Source: an uncultured Candidatus Saccharibacteria bacterium (lineage in GTDB: Bacteria; Patescibacteriota; Saccharimonadia; CAZHVB01). Taken from it: a stretch of DNA of 64,000 nt. The notes under the pieces were generated by a model. That model saw nothing but the letters and a program-made list of their open reading frames with translations, did not search any database and was not told the DNA's origin. Location of the stretch: positions 24,810-88,809 of the forward strand of contig CAZRIY010000001.1 of assembly GCA_964600295.1 (NCBI GenBank), written 5' to 3'. A program made the translations under genes and the position numbers. How positions within the stretch are numbered: the stretch's first letter is position 1; every line of letters begins with the position of its first letter. Below are positions 37,765 to 47,100 of the stretch, piece by piece.

Positions 37765-38042
37765 TCTAGTTCGGCAGCAAGAAAGTCCAAGGCTTTCTTG
37801 TTATTGTTGAACTTGTGGTAATGACCCTTATCAATTTCGGCTTGAGAGATTTGCATCAACTTCTGGGTCGCCTCGTTGGGAGCTTCAGGCAAATCAAAGA
37901 CAACGCTCTGCTCAGTGGCAAATCGGCGTAATTCATTATTTAAGACCGCACTAATACTCACCCCGAGCTTACTGGCAGTCTCCCTCGCTAACTTCTTAAG
38001 TTTGGGGTCAGTTTTTAAATTGATAACAGCATACTTGCTCAT
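37761..38042 (-). CDS. DinJ/RelB-family antitoxin
   Basis: MSKYAVINLKTDPKLKKLARETASKLGVSISAVLN.., DinJ-like. Confidence 0.7.
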   Translation of the reverse strand: MSKYAVINLKTDPKLKKLARETASKLGVSISAVLNNELRRFATEQSVVFDLPEAPNEATQKLMQISQAEIDKGHYHKFNNNKKALDFLAAELE

Positions 38043-38101
38043 ACCAAAAGTGTATACTTCTGCCTAAATGGTGTCAAAAACATCGTATCCTGATTCCAAG
38101 C

Positions 38102-38659
38102 TTAATCTGATCGGAAGCGCTGCCATTCGATAGCTTTACCGCGAGCCACATAGTCGGACATCACCAGCTCGTCGTAGATGCCGTCGATCAAGTCGTAATC
38201 CTTGGCCTCTTCCAGATTTACCCAGGCCGAATCTACAGTTTCACCCTGCTGCAGCCTTATCTTTCCACCCGCGTAATCGGCCAGGCATGAGATGACTAGG
38301 GTGGGGGCGCCATCTTCATGGATTCTGGCTAGGCTGGTAACATAGCGCACATTGGCTATTTTGAGACCAGATTCTTCGTCGACTTCCCTCGTTAAGGTTT
38401 TTTCCAGGACGTTGTACCAATAATCCTCGGTGTCTTTGGGCTGGTTGATAAAATCGCTAACCTCCAGCTTGCCACCCGGGACGGTCCAGCGGTTGGGGAA
38501 GCGTTTTTTATCCGGCGAACGTTGTAAAATTAAGTATTTATCGCCGCGGGCTACAATAGCGGTGGTGACAACTTCAAACTGGTCATTATCTTCAGGTTGC
38601 GCTATCACTTCTTGGGCTTTGGCTTTGGCTTTGGCTTTGGCTTTGGCTTTTGCTGCCAC
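38102..38659 (-). CDS. NUDIX hydrolase with an N-terminal (AK)n tract; GTG start
   Basis: Nudix box GGKLE...REVDEESGL. The N-terminus VAAKAKAKAKAKAKAQ is encoded by the hexanucleotide repeat. Confidence 0.7.
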   Translation of the reverse strand: MAAKAKAKAKAKAKAQEVIAQPEDNDQFEVVTTAIVARGDKYLILQRSPDKKRFPNRWTVPGGKLEVSDFINQPKDTEDYWYNVLEKTLTREVDEESGLKIANVRYVTSLARIHEDGAPTLVISCLADYAGGKIRLQQGETVDSAWVNLEEAKDYDLIDGIYDELVMSDYVARGKAIEWQRFRSD

Positions 38660-39273
38660 TGCTTGCTGTAAATTACATGATCAATGGCTGTGTCGTAGTC
38701 GTGGAGCTCGCCGGGACTAAACCAAAGAGCAATTTCGGCTTCGGCGGTTTTGGGGCTATCACTGGCATGGACCACGTTCTTGGTGGCCCAGTCCCCCGCA
38801 TCGGATAGTTCGTAAGAGTCGATCGTATAGTCAAAACCAATGCTGCCAACATCGGCGCTGCGCGGGCTGGTGCTGCCGCGCATTTTGCGCACTAGCTCCA
38901 CCACATGGGCTCCCTCCAAAACTAATGCAATAACCGGACCAGCAGTAATATGTTCCATCAGTTTGCGACGGGTATTTAAGCCCAGATCTCGAGGTTTTAA
39001 CGGTGGTTTTACACCTTTTGCAAGATAATTTTCATAGGTTCGAGTGCCAGTACCCACTAACCAATCTTCGCTATCTGTGTAATGCTCGGCGGCTAATTTA
39101 TCATCTGGCCAGAGCATCTTGAGGCCAATGATTTTGAAACCCTTGCGTTCAAAACGCTGAATGATTTCCCCTGTCAGTTTGCGTATTACCGCATCGGGTT
39201 TTAGCAGTACCAAAGTTCGTTCGCGACGAATTTGCTCTAGCTTCTTTGGATCAGGCTGTAATCGTTTAGGCAT
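38605..39273 (-). CDS. ndk: Nucleoside diphosphate kinase with an N-terminal extension and a C-terminal (KP)6 tail
   Basis: ERTLVLLKPDAV.., NVVHASDS (catalytic His region), ..QQKPKPKPKPKPKPKK end. Confidence 0.8.
   Translation of the reverse strand: MPKRLQPDPKKLEQIRRERTLVLLKPDAVIRKLTGEIIQRFERKGFKIIGLKMLWPDDKLAAEHYTDSEDWLVGTGTRTYENYLAKGVKPPLKPRDLGLNTRRKLMEHITAGPVIALVLEGAHVVELVRKMRGSTSPRSADVGSIGFDYTIDSYELSDAGDWATKNVVHASDSPKTAEAEIALWFSPGELHDYDTAIDHVIYSKQWQQKPKPKPKPKPKPKK
38615..38650. repeat. Hexanucleotide microsatellite (GGCTTT)6 (CAAAGC on the coding strand)
   Basis: Six perfect tandem units plus partial flanking units. They lie in the overlap of ndk (KP repeat) and the NUDIX gene (AK repeat). 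Confidence 0.85.
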
Positions 39274-39278
39274 TTTAA

Positions 39279-40070
39279 CTATCTTAGCAAGCCAATGGCT
39301 ATAACCAGAATGGCCAAGCCAATGCGGTAATAGGCAAAGACGGCTAGTTTATGCTTGGCCAAGAATTTTAGCAAGAAATCTATGGCTAAATAGCCACTAA
39401 TGGCAGCAGCTAGGATACCGACCATAAAAACGCTTATGTTTGATGTTATATTACCAACGTTACCGCTGAAGCTAAGCTTTAATATTGCCCCAAAAGTTAC
39501 CGGTATCGCCAACAAAAATGAGAACCTAGCTGCAGCTTCGCGGCTAAACCCCAGCCACCTACCGGCCACAATGGTAATACCAGACCGCGATACGCCGGGG
39601 ATTAGGGCTAAACCTTGAGCCGCACCGATTGCCAGGGCGCTAGGGTTGTTCATTTTTTCTACGTCTTTAGAGCCGGGTAAACGATCTACCCAAAGCATCA
39701 CTAAGCCGACTACTAATAGGTTGAATGCCACAAGACCAGTGGAACGCAGCGAATCTTCGGCCAGCGGCTGGAGCAATAACCCCAAAATTATTGCCGGTAC
39801 AGTGCCCAAGGCTATATATAACCCCAACCGCCGGTCTCCTCCCTTGAAAACTGCAGTTAAGATCCCGGCGATCTCTTTGCGGAAATAGATAACCAGGGCC
39901 GCCAGCGTTCCGATATGCAACATGACGTCAAACAATAAGTCGCCAACTGGCGCGTTAAACAGCTTCTCGGCCAGGATCAAATGGCCAGAGCTGGATACCG
40001 GAATAAACTCGGTCAACCCCTGGATAATCCCCAAAATGAGCGCCCACAGTAACATAGTTACAAGATACAA
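39279..40070 (-). CDS. uppP: Undecaprenyl-diphosphatase
   Basis: GLTEFIPVSSSGH and PGVSRSG motifs. Eight TM segments. Confidence 0.85.
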   Translation of the reverse strand: MYLVTMLLWALILGIIQGLTEFIPVSSSGHLILAEKLFNAPVGDLLFDVMLHIGTLAALVIYFRKEIAGILTAVFKGGDRRLGLYIALGTVPAIILGLLLQPLAEDSLRSTGLVAFNLLVVGLVMLWVDRLPGSKDVEKMNNPSALAIGAAQGLALIPGVSRSGITIVAGRWLGFSREAAARFSFLLAIPVTFGAILKLSFSGNVGNITSNISVFMVGILAAAISGYLAIDFLLKFLAKHKLAVFAYYRIGLAILVIAIGLLR

Positions 40071-40085
40071 GAGACAAGAAGCAAG

Positions 40086-40439
40086 TTACAACTTTTTGCC
40101 CGTATTAATTATCATGCTCGATAGGATGTTCTTTAACTCATTCGCCTCTGTTTTAAGCCGATTGATTTCTAAGGCAACCTTCTGATTGGCAGCCTCCAAA
40201 AGTTCTAGCCAATGCATAACTTCCTTAGCTTCTTTACGAGCGATCTTCAGCCTATGTAGGAAGTCGTTCTTGCCGAGTGCATCATTGGCCTCTCGATAGT
40301 TGGCCCCAACGGAGCCGGCAGAACCTACCAGCTGAGAGATTAGACGACTATTAACAACATCTTTTGGCAGCTTCTTGCAGAAACGGACCACCTCAACGCC
40401 AAAGTCGGTACTTCGTTTCTCGAAGTCATAGCTAGCCAA
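40086..40439 (-). CDS. Four-helix-bundle protein (23S rRNA intervening-sequence protein family)
   Basis: About 117 aa, all alpha-helical, with the conserved GS.GANY.EA core. Confidence 0.7.
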   Translation of the reverse strand: MASYDFEKRSTDFGVEVVRFCKKLPKDVVNSRLISQLVGSAGSVGANYREANDALGKNDFLHRLKIARKEAKEVMHWLELLEAANQKVALEINRLKTEANELKNILSSMIINTGKKL

Positions 40440-40476
40440 TTTGTATCCTTGTATCTTGTTGCTTGGAACTTACCAA

Positions 40477-41049
40477 CTACTGTTGGTTGAGACCTTCGTA
40501 GCAGGCCTTGGTGGAATCGTCGGTCTTGAGGTACTCGTTGATGGCTTGAACCACCTTGGATTCAGGCTTTAGCTCTTCCCAGAACAACACCTGATCGCGA
40601 TTGATGGTCATCTTATCTACCGGGCAATGCAATTCCGAGCGTCCAAGCTTGACCAGGGATACGCCGGGCTGCTCAGTTTGCTGCTGGCTGGCGGGCGGCT
40701 GTACCCTCTCCTGAACCTGGAGATAGTAGATGTTGGCTAGTTGCAACTGATCGGCTTCGACAGTTGGCAGATGGCCAAAATAGACCTGGCCATTGGTTAG
40801 AAAAACGGCAAACCATTTATCGGTAGTTTTCTGGCTGGTGGTAGTGCCAGTTGAGCTATCTTCGTTGTTCTTCATCATCGAGAACAGCAGAATTCCGCCT
40901 ACCAGTAGCACTACGGCTGCAACCAATAACAGTCCCAAAGAGCCTACTGAACGCCGACGCACAGGTGGTGGTAAAGGTCGGTGGTGCTGCGGGCTGGGTT
41001 CGCTGCTATTAGATTGATTGACGGTCGGCATGTCCGGCTCGTTATCCAT
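40477..41049 (-). CDS. Hypothetical membrane-anchored protein
   Basis: Pro-rich N-terminus, one TM, extracellular domain containing Cys. Confidence 0.4.
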   Translation of the reverse strand: MDNEPDMPTVNQSNSSEPSPQHHRPLPPPVRRRSVGSLGLLLVAAVVLLVGGILLFSMMKNNEDSSTGTTTSQKTTDKWFAVFLTNGQVYFGHLPTVEADQLQLANIYYLQVQERVQPPASQQQTEQPGVSLVKLGRSELHCPVDKMTINRDQVLFWEELKPESKVVQAINEYLKTDDSTKACYEGLNQQ

Positions 41050-41133
41050 ACAACTCCTTTTGTCTCTTAAAGCTTATGTATTGCTTATAATTTTCTAGCT
41101 TAAAGGATCAAGCCTATTGATGCAACCCTGGAA

Positions 41134-44100
41134 CTAGCCCTGAACCTGATAATTGAATATCAGATCAATAGTAGCCGGTTCTTCCAGGTAGATGGTGAAG
41201 CCGGTGGCCGTGGCTTCAATGCGGTAGCGCGGCGCAAAACCGTTGGTGGGGCTAGCTACCACATTCGGCAGGTTGCTGTAGGCTCGAGCAAAGTCGAAAT
41301 GGACCGAGGTGGCCCCAGCCGGAATCGTCAGCTGACCGCGGGTGTCGTTGTTACCCACAGTATGACCCAGGACCTTGAGATCTTGCACAGTAGCCAGTCC
41401 GCTGACAGTCAGCGGGCCAGCCAGCGTAGTCGAACCAGTTACCTTAAGATCAGCCACAGTTGCCAAACCCGTCACTTTAAGATCCTTGGTGGTGGTGAGA
41501 TCGCTAACACTAAGAGATGTAAAGTTGCCGTCGGTCGATTGGGGACTGGTTTGGGCGGGCTGCACGTTATTGGCATTCGAGAGGGTAAACCAACCTGGGT
41601 TAACAAATACCTCAATTGTGCCAGTACCGCCTGCGCTGTATGCCTGTAAAGCCACGCCAACGATTCGGCCAGATGCAGTAGCTTTCATACCAACCCCAGC
41701 TAGTGACGAAGCCGTGATCGGATCGCCCACCGCGATGCTACCACCCTCTGTTGAAACTTTAGTGGGTACCCGACCGATTAGGGCAATTGGATAACCGCCG
41801 TCGCCGCTCCCTAAAACTTGGTGAGGCTGAGTAGACACAATGCCAATAGCACTGGCTTGATAAGCATTGGTAGTCTTAACGACTGAGCTATTGCCACTGG
41901 TTGCCACCAGCTCGCCCGGATGGAGATTTTCATTTGAGGTGTAATTTTCAGCAATATCCGCTCCGTTGGCCGTACAAGTACCAGCCGTCACAATCCCGCC
42001 CTTAACCGCTATGCCATTGAGGGTTTCTCCCGCCGCGCAAGTGGCGGTTATACCCGAAGTACCGCCGTTGCGATAAACGCCTGTTGCATTAATATCGCCA
42101 GTTACATCCAGCGCATAGGCTGGCGCCGAGGCCGTACCGATTGCTAAGCTACCAGCTGAATCAAAGTGGCTAAGTACGGTTCCGGATGAATTTTGCAGCT
42201 GCAGCAGATCAGCGGCCTGCGAAGCTATGCCTCTTATACGGATACCTACATCGTTGACACCTACGCTAGTTACTCGGAGAGTGGCACTAGCATCTATTGC
42301 GTTTGTGCCAGCGGTTAAACGTAAGTTGTTAACCGAATTTCCAGCTACCTGAAAATTATCATCAGTCTTCAAGCTATCAACAGCCGACCGATAGAGGTTG
42401 GTGTCGCCGCCAAAATTAATCCCACCACCTGCGCTAGTGGATGCAACGAAGTTCAGTTTTGCATTACTCGTAACTCCACTACCAATACCCAGATTAGAGT
42501 CGGTAACTAAAAAGCTGGCAGCCGACCGGTAGAGGTTCGTGTCGTTATCGGCCGCTCCGGTGCCGCCAAAGTAGAGTTTGCCTGAACCTTCGATACGGGT
42601 ATCGCCGGCTACATCAAGCTTGAAATCTGGACTGGTGGTACCGATACCGACGTTTCCATTCGATTTAACCGTCAATGTAACATTGGGCGTGAATAATGCG
42701 TCTGCAGTGGTGGCACCTGTCCCGCCGATAAATCTAATGTCTCCTGCCGCACCTGGATAGCTCGCAACCATACCCGAGTAGCCAATTGATGCGTGGGTAA
42801 TGGTGTATCTAAATACTCCACCAGCATCTACATAAAAGTTTGAACCAAATCCGCCTGAGCCGCTATCGGCCCCCGATGTAGTCGCCCAAGAACCGGTAGT
42901 TAGTCTTCTATTGTTCCCGCTCAATATCGCATTTCCTGCAACGTCTAGGCTTGCGCTAGGTGCGGTAGTACCAACACCGACGCGACCATCACCCCTAACC
43001 GTTAGAGCATTGTTAACGTAGCTAGCGCCATAATTGATTGATAACAGGTCATAGCCAGTGCCAGTAGCTCCACTGCCGATCCAGACAATATCGTCGTTTT
43101 GCGTGCCGGAAGGCGCCTCAAAGCGGGCAATTACTGCATTGGCAGCACCATTCTCAACGTGCAATCTGGCCGATGGGACTGTTTCGCCGATGCCGACGTT
43201 GCCGTCGTTGCGAACATAGAGTTTTGAACTATCGGCAGAGTCAGTTACATTCAAGGCCGCAGCTGTATTATCCGCAGTACTGCCCTTTACTACTAGCCTG
43301 GCCGAGGTGGGAGAGGTATTGCCGATGCCCAAATTCCCAGAACCCAGTATCGTCAGTCTTTCGTCTGGAGTTCCCCCACCATTAAAGGTATAAAGGGCCG
43401 TTCTTATTGGTGAACGTCCAGCTACTAAAATATTTTGACCAGATTGTTGCAATGCCAAGGAAGTTACATCATCGTAATTCGCCATCAGATCTACCCTATA
43501 TGATGTAGGGTTATCTGCAGCGGATAATCTTAATTTTGCCCCACCGGCAGCAACAGAACGCTGCAAATGCAATAACACTGACGGATCTGTAGTCCCGATG
43601 CCGACGCTTCCTGCAGGCGTAATGTTTACAACATCGCTTCCACCGACGGTGACCCGAAGATTACCTTCGCTAGTACCATTGGTTTCTTGGATGCCAAAGG
43701 CCCAGTCACGAGCCGTTGTGGTTTCGGCTGCTGTGGATTGGATGTGGAGACTCGTTGGTCCCAGGTAAAGATCGCGCCAACGAGCAGGGGCTGAGCCAAG
43801 ATCGTAGGTATCATCGACTCCGGGCAAGATGTGGCCGGTGACCGTCAGGTTGCCCGTTATGTTCTGACCACCGTTGACAGTAAGAGCACCCCCAACAATG
43901 AAGTTATCGTCGGTTTTGAGAGTATTAGCAGCCGAGCGGTAGAGGTTGGTATCACCCGACGAGTTAGCGTCAAAGATGATTCCCGCAGGACCAACGACGC
44001 CAAAGTCCGATGCATGGAATGAATCGTCGGTCTTGAGAAGGCTAGCACTTGCTCGGTAGAGGTTAGTATCTAAAGCATTGGTGCCGTCTCCCCATTGCAG

Positions 44101-47100
44101 AGTTCCGCCAGCCTGCGCTAGCCATCGAGGAAGAGCATCGCCCGAGACTATGGTAGATAGACCGGTAGCTGCGCTGGTGCTTCTATTGACCCGGAGTTGA
44201 TCATCGGTCTGCAGTAAATCTGCTCCTGCGCGATAAAGATTTGTGTCAATCGTAGTACCATTACCCCATTCCAAAGTACCACCAGATAGAACTCTTAAAC
44301 GCGCAGCTGTATCGCCAATGAGTTTTATGTGTTGGGCCCAGTCACCAGCCGCACTGTTGGTAATATTAACGTAGCTAGCACTGGAGTCTGTCTGAAGTCT
44401 GATTTCTTCGCCAGCTGCATTTGAAACTCGTAGATCATCATCATTTCCCAAGGAAAGCGTGTCAGCAGCGCTGCGGTAAAGATTGGTATCGCCAGCAGAT
44501 CCAAAAAGAATCGTGGGTGATCCCGAAGGTCCAGTCGTTCCGATCCCAACTTGACCTGCTCCAATAGATGCATAGATAGGCTGGCTTGACCAGAATTCAT
44601 CATCAGTACGCAGATTGTTAGCTGCATTGCGGTAGAGATTAGTATCGCCGCCGATCAAAAGACCGCCACTCCCACCCGGGACTGATAGTTGAAGTTGGCC
44701 AGCACCCGAAAGTGTCATAGGGTTGCTAGCATCAGCGAACTGCCACCGGTGGGCCCCACCAGTCGGAGCCCAATAGCGCATAGCAAGCCCTTCACTAGAC
44801 AGACCATAGCCGCTGTCTCCAATCTGGACTGTTGGAACCGTATTAGAATAATTTCCAGAGGAGAGTAATACGGTTGAATTGTTTCGTAGAGTACCATTTA
44901 TATCCAGTTTATAGGTGGGTCCAGTAGTCCCAATCCCAACGTTGCCAACACCATCAATCCGCATTCTTTCGCTATTACCTCCTATAGCAGTTGTGGTGAA
45001 GAACTTCAGCAACCCTTGGTAGTCATCGGCCGTCGCCGACCCCTTAGCCCCCTGAATAGTAGCGAATGAATAAGGGTTAGCGGTATTACCACTCTCACCG
45101 GCAAAACGAAGCGATGGACCAATGTCTACCGCAGCAGCAGTATTGGAAACAAGGGTGACTGCGGAGGTGTCGAAGTTAGCGTTCGGACTGGTACCGACGC
45201 TAATTACTTGTAGTTTGCTTGTCGGCCCTATAGTGCCGATCCCAACATTGCCACTAGATAGAACTGTAATGTGCTGAGATCCGCTACCGTTAGCTCCCAG
45301 ATAAATAGGTCCCGTATTAGAATTCATGTACAGGTTGTGCCCAGAAGCAGATTGGTAAATATTTGCGGCTTGTGCACCAGAGAAGTACAGCTCAAAACCT
45401 GAACCATTTCCGATGTTCAGGGTGCCAGATACATCAGAGGTTGCAATGGAGGCGACTGCGCCCACTCTAAGGTTACCCGAAGATGCCACACAACCTGTAT
45501 CGCTAGCTTCGATGCAAACTCCACCGCCGACTACGTGGAGCCTTGAATCTGGCCCAGTGGTACCGACTCCGACATTGCCACTTGATGCACTTATGGCTAG
45601 AGGAACAGTTCCCGAGAATCCTGAACCTATACCGATCTTAAAGGTATCAAGATCGGCTCCTTGGGCGCCTATGGTCCAGCGGGCTACGCTAGAGTTCTCT
45701 ATAAGCCGAAGGCCGACTTCGTCGGGAGTCGCCGTTTCGGTGCCTATATCGGTATAAGCATCAGCGCCAGCGCCGCCATTATTAAGTAACTGGCCCACTA
45801 CAGAGCCGCTGCTACGTACGTCTAGCGTACGAGCCGGCCCAGTAGTCCCAATCCCCACATTGCCACTAGGCGTGATGTTTACGACATCACTTCCTCCGAC
45901 AGTAACTCTAAGGTTACCTTCGCTGACGCCATCGGTTTCTTGGATGCCAAAGGCCCAGTCCCGAGCGGTGGTGGTTTCGGCGGCTGTGGATTGCAGGTGT
46001 AAGCTGGTTGGTCCAAGGTAAAGATCTCGCCAGCGGGCAGAGGCTGAGCCGAGGTCATAAGTATCATCGGCTCCCGGGAGAATGTGCCCGGTAACGCTCA
46101 AGTTACCGCCCGAGGTTATGCCACCGTCTGCGTAGAAATTACCATCAACCTCCAGGTCGCCCTCTATGAACAAATCATCATCCGAAGCCAGACCATGGCT
46201 GGTGGCTCCGCCCGAATCCGAAATCGCGTTGTAGGCTAGGCCAGTTACCCCACCAATGTTCAGAGTATCCGTATCTGCAAGATAAACTTGTCCGCCCGCT
46301 GGATTTACCGTTAAATCTGCATCCGACGTAATATCGTCTCCATTGACAGTTAAGTCTCCCGTAATCGTAACGTCACCTGTAGTACCGACCGTTACAGCAG
46401 TTAAGACATCGGATTCATTGCGGATTGAGAAACTACCGCCGGGATCGGAACGCAATCGCCAATTTTTAGCAGCAGTATTATTTAGCCCCAAGAAGACCCC
46501 TGGGCTACTTCCCTGTGAAGCTGTTACCGACACTGAGCGTGCAGCGAAATCGGCATCGGCGCCGGACGGAGTTATGGTTAGATCGCCAACATTATCAGTT
46601 CTAAAATCTGTGTAATTAGTGCTGTCCGTATGGGTTAATCGCAACTGGGGATTGGTGGTATCAAGCACCTCGAATTTACGATCCGGGCCTATGGTGTTTA
46701 TGCCCACATTGCCGGTATTTAAGACTGTTAGTCTTTCTTGGAATGCTGACGTGTCAGACGACGAGATTGCCAAGCGGCCCGCTGGTGCCGCACCCTCTGC
46801 ACCCCGTACCTGCCTGAGGGCGCCACCTACGTAGGAGTCTGCGCTAGATGGTGTTAGTAGCAATTCGGCAAACGAACTATTGTTTGTGGTATCACTGTTT
46901 TCGATACGTGCGCCTACGCCGCCCCCAACATTACTGGCCTGTACTTCCAGTTTTTGTGATGGCGAGGTCGTGCCGATACCGAGATTACCAAAACTGTTTA
47001 GGCGCATGCCTTCAACTTGGTCATTACCGCTACCGTACCCAAAAACCAAATCTCCAGGCGCGGTTGAGGCAGTACGATCATGGAAGACCGCCCCTATAGT

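Noticed and set aside
38303-38315. GGGCGCCAT 9-mer resembling the tRNA-Arg 3' end as a possible distal att site
   Set aside because: The match is only 9-10 nt, lies inside the NUDIX coding sequence and is GC-rich, so it is most likely chance.
38615-38650. CRISPR-like array
   Set aside because: The unit is 6 bp with no spacers, so it is a microsatellite inside coding sequence. No CRISPR repeats occur anywhere in the window.
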